DNA of 64,000 bases from a virus (taxonomy: Duplodnaviria; Caudoviricetes): the IMG/VR virus record IMGVR_UViG_3300037193_003384, positions 2,145-66,144 of that record. One strand, given 5' to 3'. The position numbers and the translations under genes were made by a program. The notes under the pieces are model-generated. The model worked only from the letters and a program-made list of their open reading frames with translations, made no database searches and was not told the DNA's origin. Of the stretch, positions 51,309-59,642 are shown one piece after another. Each line of letters opens with the position of its first letter. Position 1 is the first letter of the stretch.

Positions 51309-52055
51309 TCACACGGGGGAGACGAAGACGCTGGCGCTGGGCGGCGACAACGGGCCACCCAGCAGCTGCACGCCGGCCTCTGCAGCGCGCCCGAGGAACA
51401 CGTTGCCCTTCAGCAACACGCGCTCCGCCTGCAGCGTGAGCTCGCCCTCCGTCATCCGCAGGAACGTGGAGCTGCCGACGGAGGCCACGAGCCCGGGCCC
51501 GGTGCCGGTCTCCTCGCTCAGCGTGAGAAAGACGCCATCGGCGTGCACCAGGGTGATCGAGCTGTTGCCGTCGCTCGGATCGATGATGATCGCGTGCGCC
51601 TTCTGCGGCACGCCGGCGCCATCGAAGGAGTGCGGCACATAGAGCGTGGTCACGTTCGCGCGCTTCGAGCCCGAGGGATCGGCCGTCATCGAGTGCCCGA
51701 CGAACGCCCCGCCGTAGCCGGCGAAGACGAACTGGCCCTCGCGCGGCGTGGTGCCGTTGCCGCTGGGGTTGAGCGCTCGGTGCAGCCGCAGGTCGCGGAA
51801 GGCGAAAGGCACCAGCCCGTCCTCGGTGCGCACCGTCAGCGCCTCGGCAAACAGATCGCCCTCCGGAGGCAGCGGGCGCCCGATGATCCCCAGCGATTGG
51901 AAGACCTCCTGCTCGTGCGCCTGCTCGCCCTCGTCCTCATCGGCGCCGTCGAAGCCGCTGATGCCCGCCACGTTGAACAACGTCGCGCCACTGCGCCCGG
52001 CCACGCTCGAGGCGATGACCTTACAGAACTCGACGACGTGGTTCGCGAAGCTCAC
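51309..52055 (-). CDS. baseplate spike (Mu gp45/gpV-like)
   Basis: QEVFQSLGIIGRP...AFRDLR...PREGQFVF. Confidence 0.7.
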   Translation of the reverse strand: MSFANHVVEFCKVIASSVAGRSGATLFNVAGISGFDGADEDEGEQAHEQEVFQSLGIIGRPLPPEGDLFAEALTVRTEDGLVPFAFRDLRLHRALNPSGNGTTPREGQFVFAGYGGAFVGHSMTADPSGSKRANVTTLYVPHSFDGAGVPQKAHAIIIDPSDGNSSITLVHADGVFLTLSEETGTGPGLVASVGSSTFLRMTEGELTLQAERVLLKGNVFLGRAAEAGVQLLGGPLSPPSASVFVSPV

Positions 52056-52849
52056 GCGCCGGGGAGTGTATCACTGCCGCGGGCTTCGATCCGGACGACA
52101 TCGTTCTCCAGCTGCCATCCGCTGAGCACGCGGGTGCGAGTGAGCTCGAGTAGGGCTCCTTTCACCGCCTGGCGGAAGCGCCGCAAGCTGCGCGTTTGCG
52201 TATCCGACAGGCGGCGGATCTCAGCGAGAGAGACTGGCGCGGTCGTGGCGCAGAAATAGTGCTGCAGCCAGCGCGCCAGGTTGCCGCGGATCTTCGCGCG
52301 CTGGTCCCAATCGAACGTGACATGGCGCTCGTGGAATAGGTGGACGATGTCCTCGGGCACGGTCACCTCGTAGGTTTCGTCCGCCCTCCACCGCAGCGTC
52401 ATCAGCCCGCCGATGAACAGCTCGCCCGTCCCCATGTGCTGCACGGTGACGTGCGCCTTCGCCAGGTCCTCGAGCAGATGGAAGAGCTGATCGTACTGCG
52501 CGCCGCCGATCGACTTTCGAGCGCCGCCCGCCAGCTCGATCAGCATGGAGCGCGCGCGGAAGCTCACGCGGTTGGTCTCAGCGATGCGGCAGCGATACAT
52601 CAGCCGCTCCCACACGTCCGCGTGCTCCTGCGTGAGCAGGCGCCCCTCGTATTCGATGACCACCCCCTTCACGCTGGCGATGATCTGCCGCCGCACGTCG
52701 GGCGCGTCACGGCCGTGGCGCGCCGTGAACAGGGCGGACATGACGAAGTCGGTCGGTATCGCGTGCTTGAGCTCGGGCCAGAGCGGCAGCTGCGGCGGGC
52801 GCTGAGCGCGCTTCGCCTCGATGGCGAGCTGATTGATTGTTTTTGCCAT
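52052..52849 (-). CDS. trfA: TrfA-family plasmid replication initiator
   Basis: QLPLWPE..AIPTDFVMSALF, IEYEGRLLTQEHADVW, DWDQRAKI..NLARWL and RRFRQAVKGAL. QLPLW resembles a clamp-binding motif. Confidence 0.8.
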   Translation of the reverse strand: MAKTINQLAIEAKRAQRPPQLPLWPELKHAIPTDFVMSALFTARHGRDAPDVRRQIIASVKGVVIEYEGRLLTQEHADVWERLMYRCRIAETNRVSFRARSMLIELAGGARKSIGGAQYDQLFHLLEDLAKAHVTVQHMGTGELFIGGLMTLRWRADETYEVTVPEDIVHLFHERHVTFDWDQRAKIRGNLARWLQHYFCATTAPVSLAEIRRLSDTQTRSLRRFRQAVKGALLELTRTRVLSGWQLENDVVRIEARGSDTLPGA

Positions 52850-52873
52850 TTGGCACCGGGGGGGCACCGCCGA

Positions 52874-52990
52874 CGATACGGCATTGCTGGTACGTTTGGA
52901 GGGCCCGATGCGGCAGGGCTGGTACGCTTCGGGGGGTCGATGCGGCAGGGCTGGTACGCTTGGAGGGCCCGATGCGGCAGGGCTGGTACG
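52874..52990. repeat. iteron-like array: 4 x 21 bp CGATGCGGCAGGGCTGGTACG, 32-bp period
   Basis: Copies start at 52874 (3 mismatches), 52906, 52938 and 52970, immediately upstream of the trfA-like gene. Confidence 0.85.
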
Positions 52991-53183
52991 GCCCGCGAAC
53001 CATGTTGCGTGCGGCCGGCGATCCGATCTAGAGCCTGCCGCGCGGCAGGCGCGCGCGCGATCGATCTTTAGCACCAGCGCCTTCTGAGGTAGCGGCGAGC
53101 CGCTGCGGCTCCGCTAAAGATGAAAACCAAAGGCGTGGCGGCGAACTGCTTGGATCCCGCGCGCGATCCCCCCTGGCAACAGC

Positions 53184-53399
53184 ATGCAAACGAACGGCCC
53201 CGGCAAATACGATCGCGAATGCACCGAGCTGCGTGAGCGCCTGAAGGCGCGCGGCGTGGTGCTCATCGTGGATGGCGGCGAGAAGGGTGACGGCTTCGAG
53301 TGCCAGCTGGACGCGCACGCGCTGGTGGCGTTCCCCTCGGTGCTGCGGGACATGGCCGACCAGATCGAGGCGCAATTGCTCGCCAACCCGCCAGCCTAG
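53184..53399 (+). CDS. hypothetical protein (similar to 7556-7795)
   Basis: GPGKYD.EC.EL...ARGVVLIV.GG.KG.GF...LRDMADQIE. Confidence 0.65.
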   Translation: MQTNGPGKYDRECTELRERLKARGVVLIVDGGEKGDGFECQLDAHALVAFPSVLRDMADQIEAQLLANPPA

Positions 53400-53430
53400 C
53401 GCTGCGCCCGGCCGTGATTACACTTCGGCA

Positions 53431-53622
53431 ATGCAGCGGTACCGGTACCGCCCGTGCTGCGGCAGCTGCCGCGGGGAACGGCTCACGGAGGTGGATGACA
53501 CCCGCCCGGCGGGGGAGCACCTGCTGCGGTGCCTGGACTGCGGCGCGCGCTGGGATGGCGCCGAGCTCAGCCCCGCCGAGGCCGCGCAGCGCCCCACGCC
53601 CGTGCCGGCGGTAGCGCCGTGA
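53431..53622 (+). CDS. small Zn-ribbon protein
   Basis: CGSC...CLDC, with TACACT 6 nt before the ATG. Confidence 0.5.
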   Translation: MQRYRYRPCCGSCRGERLTEVDDTRPAGEHLLRCLDCGARWDGAELSPAEAAQRPTPVPAVAP

Positions 53623-54025
53623 GGTTCCCCTCCACGACCTGCCTCGTCTGCGGCCGTGCCCGGATCGCCGGCAGCGGGGTGTGCCCGGGCTGCGGACGGC
53701 CCCGCCCAGCTCGAGCCAGGCTGCGCGCGCCGGCTCGCGCCGCTACCCTGGGGCCATGCCGGCGCCCGGCGCGTCTACGAGGCGATTAGGCGGGCTGGCG
53801 GCGATGTCGCTTTTCCCGCCCCGGCGTGAGGGATTTTCCCGCTGGCGCTACATAGGAGCGGGTACCCTGGCCCGCGGCAGTCTCTGGGGGCCGTCCCGGA
53901 ATATAACCCCGCCCGGGGCGGCCACCGCTCTCCCCCCCGGCCTGCGCCGCCGTCAGCGATGACCGCGAGGCGCCTTTGCTGGTGTCTGTGCAGCAGCGCG
54001 CCGCTCCGACGCCTCGGGTCATCTG

Positions 54026-54099
54026 TTGCGCGGGCTGGATTTGAACCAGCGACCTCCGGGTTATGAGCCCGATGGGGTACCGTGCTCCCCTACCGCGCA
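54026..54099 (-). tRNA. tRNA-Met(CAT), initiator-type
   Basis: Cloverleaf TGCGCGG/CCGCGCA, D stem GGGG/CCCC, anticodon arm TCGGG-CTCATAA-CCCGG with three G-C pairs, T arm GCTGG-TTCAAAT-CCAGC. CCA not encoded. Confidence 0.92.
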
Positions 54100-54106
54100 G
54101 TTGGTT

Positions 54107-54215
54107 GGCACGCCGACGGTGGACGGTGAGGCTGCTGGCGCGTGGGGAATACCGCTTCTCCCCGTGCAACCCAGCCCCAGCCTTAGCGGAGACCTTGGTC
54201 CGCCGCCGACGCGCC
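54107..54215 (-). ncRNA. candidate structured RNA (long interrupted hairpin) upstream of the tRNA
   Basis: 18-position closing stem with 3 G-U pairs and 1 mismatch on the minus strand. Inner helices AGGCT/AGCCT, GCTGG/CCAGC and GGGGA/TCCCC. Confidence 0.5.
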
Positions 54216-54223
54216 GCGATCAG

Positions 54224-55372
54224 TCATAGCACCCAGACGCCCTGCTTCACCATCGTGATCCGCGAGACGTCACCCTCCCCTGCGCTGCGGCTGAGCTCGG
54301 CTTCTTCAAGGTAGTAGTTGCCCAGCGCGCCGCCCAGGTGCGTGGCGACCACATCGAACACCGTATCGGGTGACCACGGAAACAGGTGGCTGCCCTCGGT
54401 GTAGCTGAGCCCGTCCACGGTGACCGTCAGTCGATCGAGACCGCGGTTGCGCGTGGCCAGCTCACGGCGGGCCCGGGCCTCGGCGAGCGAGCGCGACTTC
54501 ATCGCCTCGTCGTTGATGATCACCTGCCGGCTGAAGCCGCGATCGATCAGGTCCTGGTTGAGCTGCTCACCGAACAGCCGCGTCTTCGAGGTGTCCTTGC
54601 CCGAGCTCACCCCGAAGACGCCCAGCCGCGTGGGCGCCTGGCTGACGTCGTTGGTGCGTTCGATGCTGAGCACGTTGTTCATCTGCCCCGAGGGATGGCG
54701 GTAGCAGCAGAGCATGCCCATCGCCTCCTGCTGGTCGTCGGGCGCGCCCACCACGATGCGCCCGTCGGGCCCATCCCAATGCAGCATGCCGTGCCGGCGC
54801 AGGTGCCGATCGACGGCGCTGAAGATGGACTCGGGTGGGTTGACCTTCGCCTGCTCCTCCTTCAGCGGCTCGAGCGGGCGCGCCGGTGTGGCGCCCTTCG
54901 AGGGCTTGCCCGTCATCAGGTCACGCGAGACGTCGACTTGGAAATCGAAGTCACCTTCGTCCAGCCCGATCCCCGCGTAGCACGCGAGCACGAAGTCTTT
55001 GATGCTGGCGTTTTTGAGCTGCACCTTCTGCGGCGCGCTGGAGATGACCGCGTCGCTCATCTTCGTGCGCACCACGAACGACTGCACCGTGCCCTGCTCA
55101 GCGTCGCACGGCGAGCTCAGCGCCTCCACGCGTCCGAGCATGCGCGCCCGGTCATTCACCACCACGCAAAACACGGCGCCCAGCCCGCAGAGGGTTTGGA
55201 TGCGCTGCCAGCCGGTCTCATCGCCCAGCTCGAACGCGGCCTCCGCCGGGGCCACGATGCTGTTCGTGACGCGGAAGCTGGTCCAGTCTTGGAAGTTGAA
55301 GTCGAAGAGCGTCGTGTTCTGCGTCGTGCCGACGGCATTGATCCGCACCACGTCCAGCGGTGAGCGGCTCAT
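54224..55372 (-). CDS. baseplate hub / tail protein (Mu gp44-like)
   Basis: WTSFRVTNSI...AAFEL, KVNPPESIF...WDGPDGRIVVG and WSPDT. Confidence 0.8.
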   Translation of the reverse strand: MSRSPLDVVRINAVGTTQNTTLFDFNFQDWTSFRVTNSIVAPAEAAFELGDETGWQRIQTLCGLGAVFCVVVNDRARMLGRVEALSSPCDAEQGTVQSFVVRTKMSDAVISSAPQKVQLKNASIKDFVLACYAGIGLDEGDFDFQVDVSRDLMTGKPSKGATPARPLEPLKEEQAKVNPPESIFSAVDRHLRRHGMLHWDGPDGRIVVGAPDDQQEAMGMLCCYRHPSGQMNNVLSIERTNDVSQAPTRLGVFGVSSGKDTSKTRLFGEQLNQDLIDRGFSRQVIINDEAMKSRSLAEARARRELATRNRGLDRLTVTVDGLSYTEGSHLFPWSPDTVFDVVATHLGGALGNYYLEEAELSRSAGEGDVSRITMVKQGVWVL

Positions 55373-56322
55373 TGCGGCGCGCTCTCGAAGATCAGGATCA
55401 CCTGCCCGCGGGTGAGGTAAAACGGGTCCGCGATGCGGGCGCTGTTCAGATCCATCAGCTCATCGACGGGCTGCCCCACGCGCGCGGCCACCTCGTAGAG
55501 GCTGGTAACCTCCACGTCGATGACGAAGCTCTTCGGGCGCGGCCGCGCGCTGGTGCGCTCGTTCTCCGCCAGCGACTCGCGGTCGAGCAGGATGCGCAGC
55601 TGCCGCTGAGTCTCGCTGCCCTTCGGCTCGGAGAAGAGCCCGCCCGTGTCGTTCGCCGCGGTGGTGGCCGCGTCCACCATCCGCTGGATCGCGCGCCGGT
55701 GAGCTTTGATCACCGAGCCCAGGTCACTCACGGCGCGGCCCGGCGCCAGCAGCAGGCCTTCAACCTGGGATGCGAACTCGGTGAGCGAGATCAGCTCGGG
55801 CGTGTGTAGGCCCTGCCGCTGCGCGGTGAACTCGGTCTGCTCAGCCAGCTTCACCAGCGTGGCCACCACGCTCGGCGGATTGAGCGCAGCGCGCTCGAGC
55901 GACTCCTCGTTGTCTTCGATCCACGTGCACACCAGCGTGGCGGTGTCGCGCTCGGCGGAGGTCTCCCTGCGCTCGTAGGCATCGGGCCGCGCCCGCACCT
56001 TGCCCGTGGTGGGCAGCACCAGGGTGCCGGTCTCGGGCACCTTGAAGCTGCGCAGCAGCTGGCGCAGGCGCTGCGGGTAGAGCGGCACGCCATCGACGAC
56101 GCCCTCGGTCAAGCTGTTGTTGAACAGCAGCGTGACGTTCCACGTGCGCTCCTTCTCGCCGGTGGACTCGAGCTTCGCGCCCGGGCGGTGCGGGCGGCGG
56201 TGCGGCACGATGCGCTGCCCGCCGGACTCCGTGATGTCCACCACGGCGAACTCGATCACGTCGCCGCCAGGCACCTGCCAGCTGCCGATCGGGTATTGCT
56301 CGAAGACGGGTCTCATCGTCAT
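55369..56322 (-). CDS. DNA circularisation protein (Mu gpN-like) with LysM-like C-terminus
   Basis: ESGGQRIVPHRRP...ESTG, GTLVLPTTG, and SLYEVAAR...LMDLN..IADPF. Confidence 0.8.
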   Translation of the reverse strand: MTMRPVFEQYPIGSWQVPGGDVIEFAVVDITESGGQRIVPHRRPHRPGAKLESTGEKERTWNVTLLFNNSLTEGVVDGVPLYPQRLRQLLRSFKVPETGTLVLPTTGKVRARPDAYERRETSAERDTATLVCTWIEDNEESLERAALNPPSVVATLVKLAEQTEFTAQRQGLHTPELISLTEFASQVEGLLLAPGRAVSDLGSVIKAHRRAIQRMVDAATTAANDTGGLFSEPKGSETQRQLRILLDRESLAENERTSARPRPKSFVIDVEVTSLYEVAARVGQPVDELMDLNSARIADPFYLTRGQVILIFESAPQ

Positions 56323-58523
56323 ACGCCACCACCTGGACCCAGCTTGCCGGGCACCATCGGGCCCGGGCGCGGCGTGAACGGGGAGCCGCCGCGGACAGTC
56401 ATCTCCCCGATGTTGATGATGCGCACGTCTTGCACGCGGCTGCTGAGCGCTGCTGCCGTGGCCTGCCCAATCGCGCGCGCATCCTCCTTCGCGCGGCCGA
56501 CGATGTTTTGCTCTTCGAGGCGCACGACGTGGCCGCCGCTCGAGGGAGCGGGCTGCGGCTTCTTGAGATCCTCCTGCAGTTTGAGGATCGTCTGCGTGGC
56601 ATCCCAGATCGCATCGTTGCCCTGCTTCCGGGTATCGACGCCCGTCACGCCGCGCGCGAACCAGTCCATCGCACCGCCGCCGATGTCGGCCTTGGCTGCC
56701 GCATCGCGGGCCTTGCGCAGGCGGTCCAGCATGGCCTGCTTCTGCTGGCGGCTGCCGCCTCCCGCGGCCGCCGCGTTCGCGTTCTGCAGCTCCCCCATGA
56801 CGTCGCCCTCGTTGCCGTAGGAGCGATTGATCCCGATGGCGCCGACGGTCCCCGCGACGATGGCGGCCTGCACCCACGGGTTGCGGATCGCTTTCGCGGC
56901 CGAGCCGACCACGCCGTTGCCCATGAAGCCGGCGCCGAGCTTACCCTTGATCCCAGCCTTCCCGATCTCGTGCGGCAGCAGGTCATCGGTGGCGCCCAGC
57001 ATCTCGCCGGTGATGCCACCGTCCATGCCGAACTGGTGGTGACGCTGGATGCCGCCGGCAGCGTCCGCCATCGCGCCCACTACACCGCCAGCTGCAGCGC
57101 CGCCCGCTTTCCTGCCGAGCATCTTCTGGATGACCGCGCCACCGCCCGCGCCGAGCCCGCCGCCGATCACCTCACCGAGCACGTTGCCCGCCAGATCCAT
57201 CAGGCCGCCGCCTGCAGCCTTCGCTCCGAGCGCGCCCGCGCCCGCCAGGTACGGGTGCTCGGCGGCGAACGAAATGAACGACGCGATGTGCTCAGCCAGC
57301 TTGGGCAGGTGCTTCGCCAGATCGTTGATTGCCGAGATGATCGCCGGTTGCGACATGGCGGTCGCCAGCGTGTTGAGAGCCGCCGTGAGCTGCGCCTCGG
57401 GCGTCTGCCGCTCGGCATCCGCCTGGCGCTGCATCTGCGCGCCGCTCATCGAGGCACGCCCCATCGCCGCGATCCCCTGGTCGAACGTCAGCAGTGCGCG
57501 ATCGATCGCAGCCTTGCCTTTGAGGCCGCTCTTCTGCGCCTCCGCCAGCGCACGTTGGAAGGGCTCGACGAAGAGGATCTTCATCGTCTCCTTCTCTTCG
57601 CCCTCGTGCATCCCGCCGAGCAGCGCATCGACGCCCTTGCTGCCGGCACCGAAGATGCGGCGCACGCGCGCGATCGCGTCCTTCTCGTTGATCAGCTTCT
57701 TGGGATCGATGCCGATCTTTTCTGCCAGCTTCTTGAGCTCACCCTTTTCGCCGAGCCCACGCAGCACCGCCTTCAAACCCGCGACCTGCTTCGGCAGCGA
57801 CTTCAGCCGGTCATCGGTGGCCACCAGCGCGCCCAGCATGAAGTCGAGGCCGCGTTTGCCGTCGAGCCCCGCCGCCAGCATCTCGGCGCCGGCGCCACTC
57901 ATCACGTCGGCGAACTCACTGAACTTCGGACCGCCCTGCTTCGCGGCCCCGAACACCTGCGCCAGCGAGTCCAGCATGCCGCTCGCGCTCACGCCGAACT
58001 TCGTGTGCAGCTGATCGGCGGCCGTCGCGATGGTGCCGAGATCCTCTCCCGTCGCCAGGGCCACGGTGCCCACGCTGGTGAGCACGCCCTTGGCAAAGTC
58101 GACGTCACCCGTCGCATCCGCCAGGTCGCGGAACGTCTTCGCCATGTCGGCGTTCTTCTGGCTCGCGGCTGCAGCCGAGCGCTCCACCACGCGCTGCACG
58201 TCAGCCGCCCGCAGCATCTGGCCGCTCGCATCCTTCACACCGAAGGCGATCTGCCGATAGGTGCGCTGCAGCACCACGGCCTCCTTCAGCGAGGTGGCCA
58301 CGGTGAACGCGCCGCCGAGCGATAGCAGGTGACGGGAGACCGTGCGTGCCACGCTGCCGATCGCCTCGACCTTCCCCTTCACCTTGTCGGCGCTGGCGCC
58401 GAAGGCATCCATGCTGCGTTTGCCCCGCAGCGCCGTCGACTGCACGCTATCGCCAGCCTGCTTCATGGAGGTGACGAACTGAGCGTTGCTCAGCGTGAGG
58501 CGAACGGCAGCTTCGCGGGCCAT
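56319..58523 (-). CDS. tail tape measure protein
   Basis: Ala/Gly-rich helical protein located after the chaperone and before gpN. Confidence 0.85.
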   Translation of the reverse strand: MAREAAVRLTLSNAQFVTSMKQAGDSVQSTALRGKRSMDAFGASADKVKGKVEAIGSVARTVSRHLLSLGGAFTVATSLKEAVVLQRTYRQIAFGVKDASGQMLRAADVQRVVERSAAAASQKNADMAKTFRDLADATGDVDFAKGVLTSVGTVALATGEDLGTIATAADQLHTKFGVSASGMLDSLAQVFGAAKQGGPKFSEFADVMSGAGAEMLAAGLDGKRGLDFMLGALVATDDRLKSLPKQVAGLKAVLRGLGEKGELKKLAEKIGIDPKKLINEKDAIARVRRIFGAGSKGVDALLGGMHEGEEKETMKILFVEPFQRALAEAQKSGLKGKAAIDRALLTFDQGIAAMGRASMSGAQMQRQADAERQTPEAQLTAALNTLATAMSQPAIISAINDLAKHLPKLAEHIASFISFAAEHPYLAGAGALGAKAAGGGLMDLAGNVLGEVIGGGLGAGGGAVIQKMLGRKAGGAAAGGVVGAMADAAGGIQRHHQFGMDGGITGEMLGATDDLLPHEIGKAGIKGKLGAGFMGNGVVGSAAKAIRNPWVQAAIVAGTVGAIGINRSYGNEGDVMGELQNANAAAAGGGSRQQKQAMLDRLRKARDAAAKADIGGGAMDWFARGVTGVDTRKQGNDAIWDATQTILKLQEDLKKPQPAPSSGGHVVRLEEQNIVGRAKEDARAIGQATAAALSSRVQDVRIINIGEMTVRGGSPFTPRPGPMVPGKLGPGGGV

Positions 58524-58539
58524 GGTCTACGCTACGGCT

Positions 58540-59184
58540 TCACGCCGAGGATGGCTGCGAGCTGGGCTGGGGTGAGGAGGCCTGTCGCGATGTCGCGGGC
58601 GGCGGCAGCCACGAGGGCCGGTTCGGAGAGAGCAGTGCCTGGGACGCCATAGCAACAATGCAGGTGTGCTGCGCGTACCCAGGCATAGCGACTAAAGGGG
58701 TTATGGTTTTCTCCTTCGCGATGCGTGCGATGGCCTGCCAGAGCTGATCGTCGGTGAGCTCACCGAAGCGCGGATCCAGCATCTCGACCCATGCGTTATA
58801 GACGCCCCACACCTCGGCCAGCGATTGGGCATCGTACAGCGTCACCAGCTCCACCACGCTCGGGACGTGCTGATCGAACGTCTTCGGCTCGCGGATCGCG
58901 TAGGCAAGGAGCGAGTAGTTCTCGATCTCGCTGACGTAGTCGGCGTCGCGGTCCAGGTCGAGGCCGAGCTGCGACGCGTACTGCCGCGCCGCCTGCCGGC
59001 ATTTGAAGCGGTGATCGTTGGTGACGTTCCGCAGCATCACGGCGCGGTCGCTCGAGCTGCCGTCGACCGCGCGCCGGCGGATCTTCGCCGGCATGTGCAG
59101 CACGCCCGCGTGCTCCTGGATGCCGAGGCCGTCCCAGTTCTCGAGCGTGAACGCGACGGCCCTCTGGACCGGATCATCTGCCAT
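58540..59184 (-). CDS. tail assembly chaperone (with -1 frameshift extension to 58532)
   Basis: Between tube and tape measure genes. In-phase slippery heptamer C CCT TTA at 58699-58693. Confidence 0.75.
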   Translation of the reverse strand: MADDPVQRAVAFTLENWDGLGIQEHAGVLHMPAKIRRRAVDGSSSDRAVMLRNVTNDHRFKCRQAARQYASQLGLDLDRDADYVSEIENYSLLAYAIREPKTFDQHVPSVVELVTLYDAQSLAEVWGVYNAWVEMLDPRFGELTDDQLWQAIARIAKEKTITPLVAMPGYAQHTCIVAMASQALLSPNRPSWLPPPATSRQASSPQPSSQPSSA

Positions 59185-59244
59185 CAGTGCGCCTCCTGGT
59201 GAGCGCAGGGCGCTGGCCACGCCCCGCGTCTGGCGCTCAGCCTA

Positions 59245-59631
59245 TCAGGTTTCCGGCTTCTCCATGTGGCCGATGAACGTGCAGCTCGTCTTGGTGGCGT
59301 CGTCGAGGGGCCCGTCCAGATCGCACTGCGTGAACGCGCCATTGAGAGTGAGCGTCGTGCGCCCGCCCGGCACCTTGGCGCGCAGCTGGCGGATGTTGCC
59401 TTCGATGACGTCGCGCCAGTAGTTCCGCTCGGGCCCCGTCTCCGGGATGATGGAGTCGAACGTGACCGTGGACTCCTGGTTGCCCGGGATGATGCCCGCG
59501 CCTTTCACGCGGAGCGTATGCGCCTGCTTCGATCCGTTGCCGAGGGTGACCGTGAAGTTGGTCACCAGCAGCAGGTCGCCGTTGCCCATCGCGAGATAGG
59601 CCTGCGGGAATTTCAGTTGCTCGCCAGCCAT
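59245..59631 (-). CDS. tail tube protein
   Basis: 128-aa beta-rich protein directly after the sheath. Confidence 0.75.
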   Translation of the reverse strand: MAGEQLKFPQAYLAMGNGDLLLVTNFTVTLGNGSKQAHTLRVKGAGIIPGNQESTVTFDSIIPETGPERNYWRDVIEGNIRQLRAKVPGGRTTLTLNGAFTQCDLDGPLDDATKTSCTFIGHMEKPET

Positions 59632-59642
59632 GCTTCAACCCC

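Noticed and set aside
52874-52990. CRISPR-like repeat array
   Set aside because: The 11-bp spacers are too short and nearly identical, there are no cas genes, and the position next to rep fits iterons
52850-53074. N-terminal extension of the TrfA-like ORF
   Set aside because: It merely translates the repeat array. Family-like sequence begins near ATG 52849
54026-54099. tRNA as an integration (att) site
   Set aside because: No integrase and no duplicated tRNA 3' end in the window
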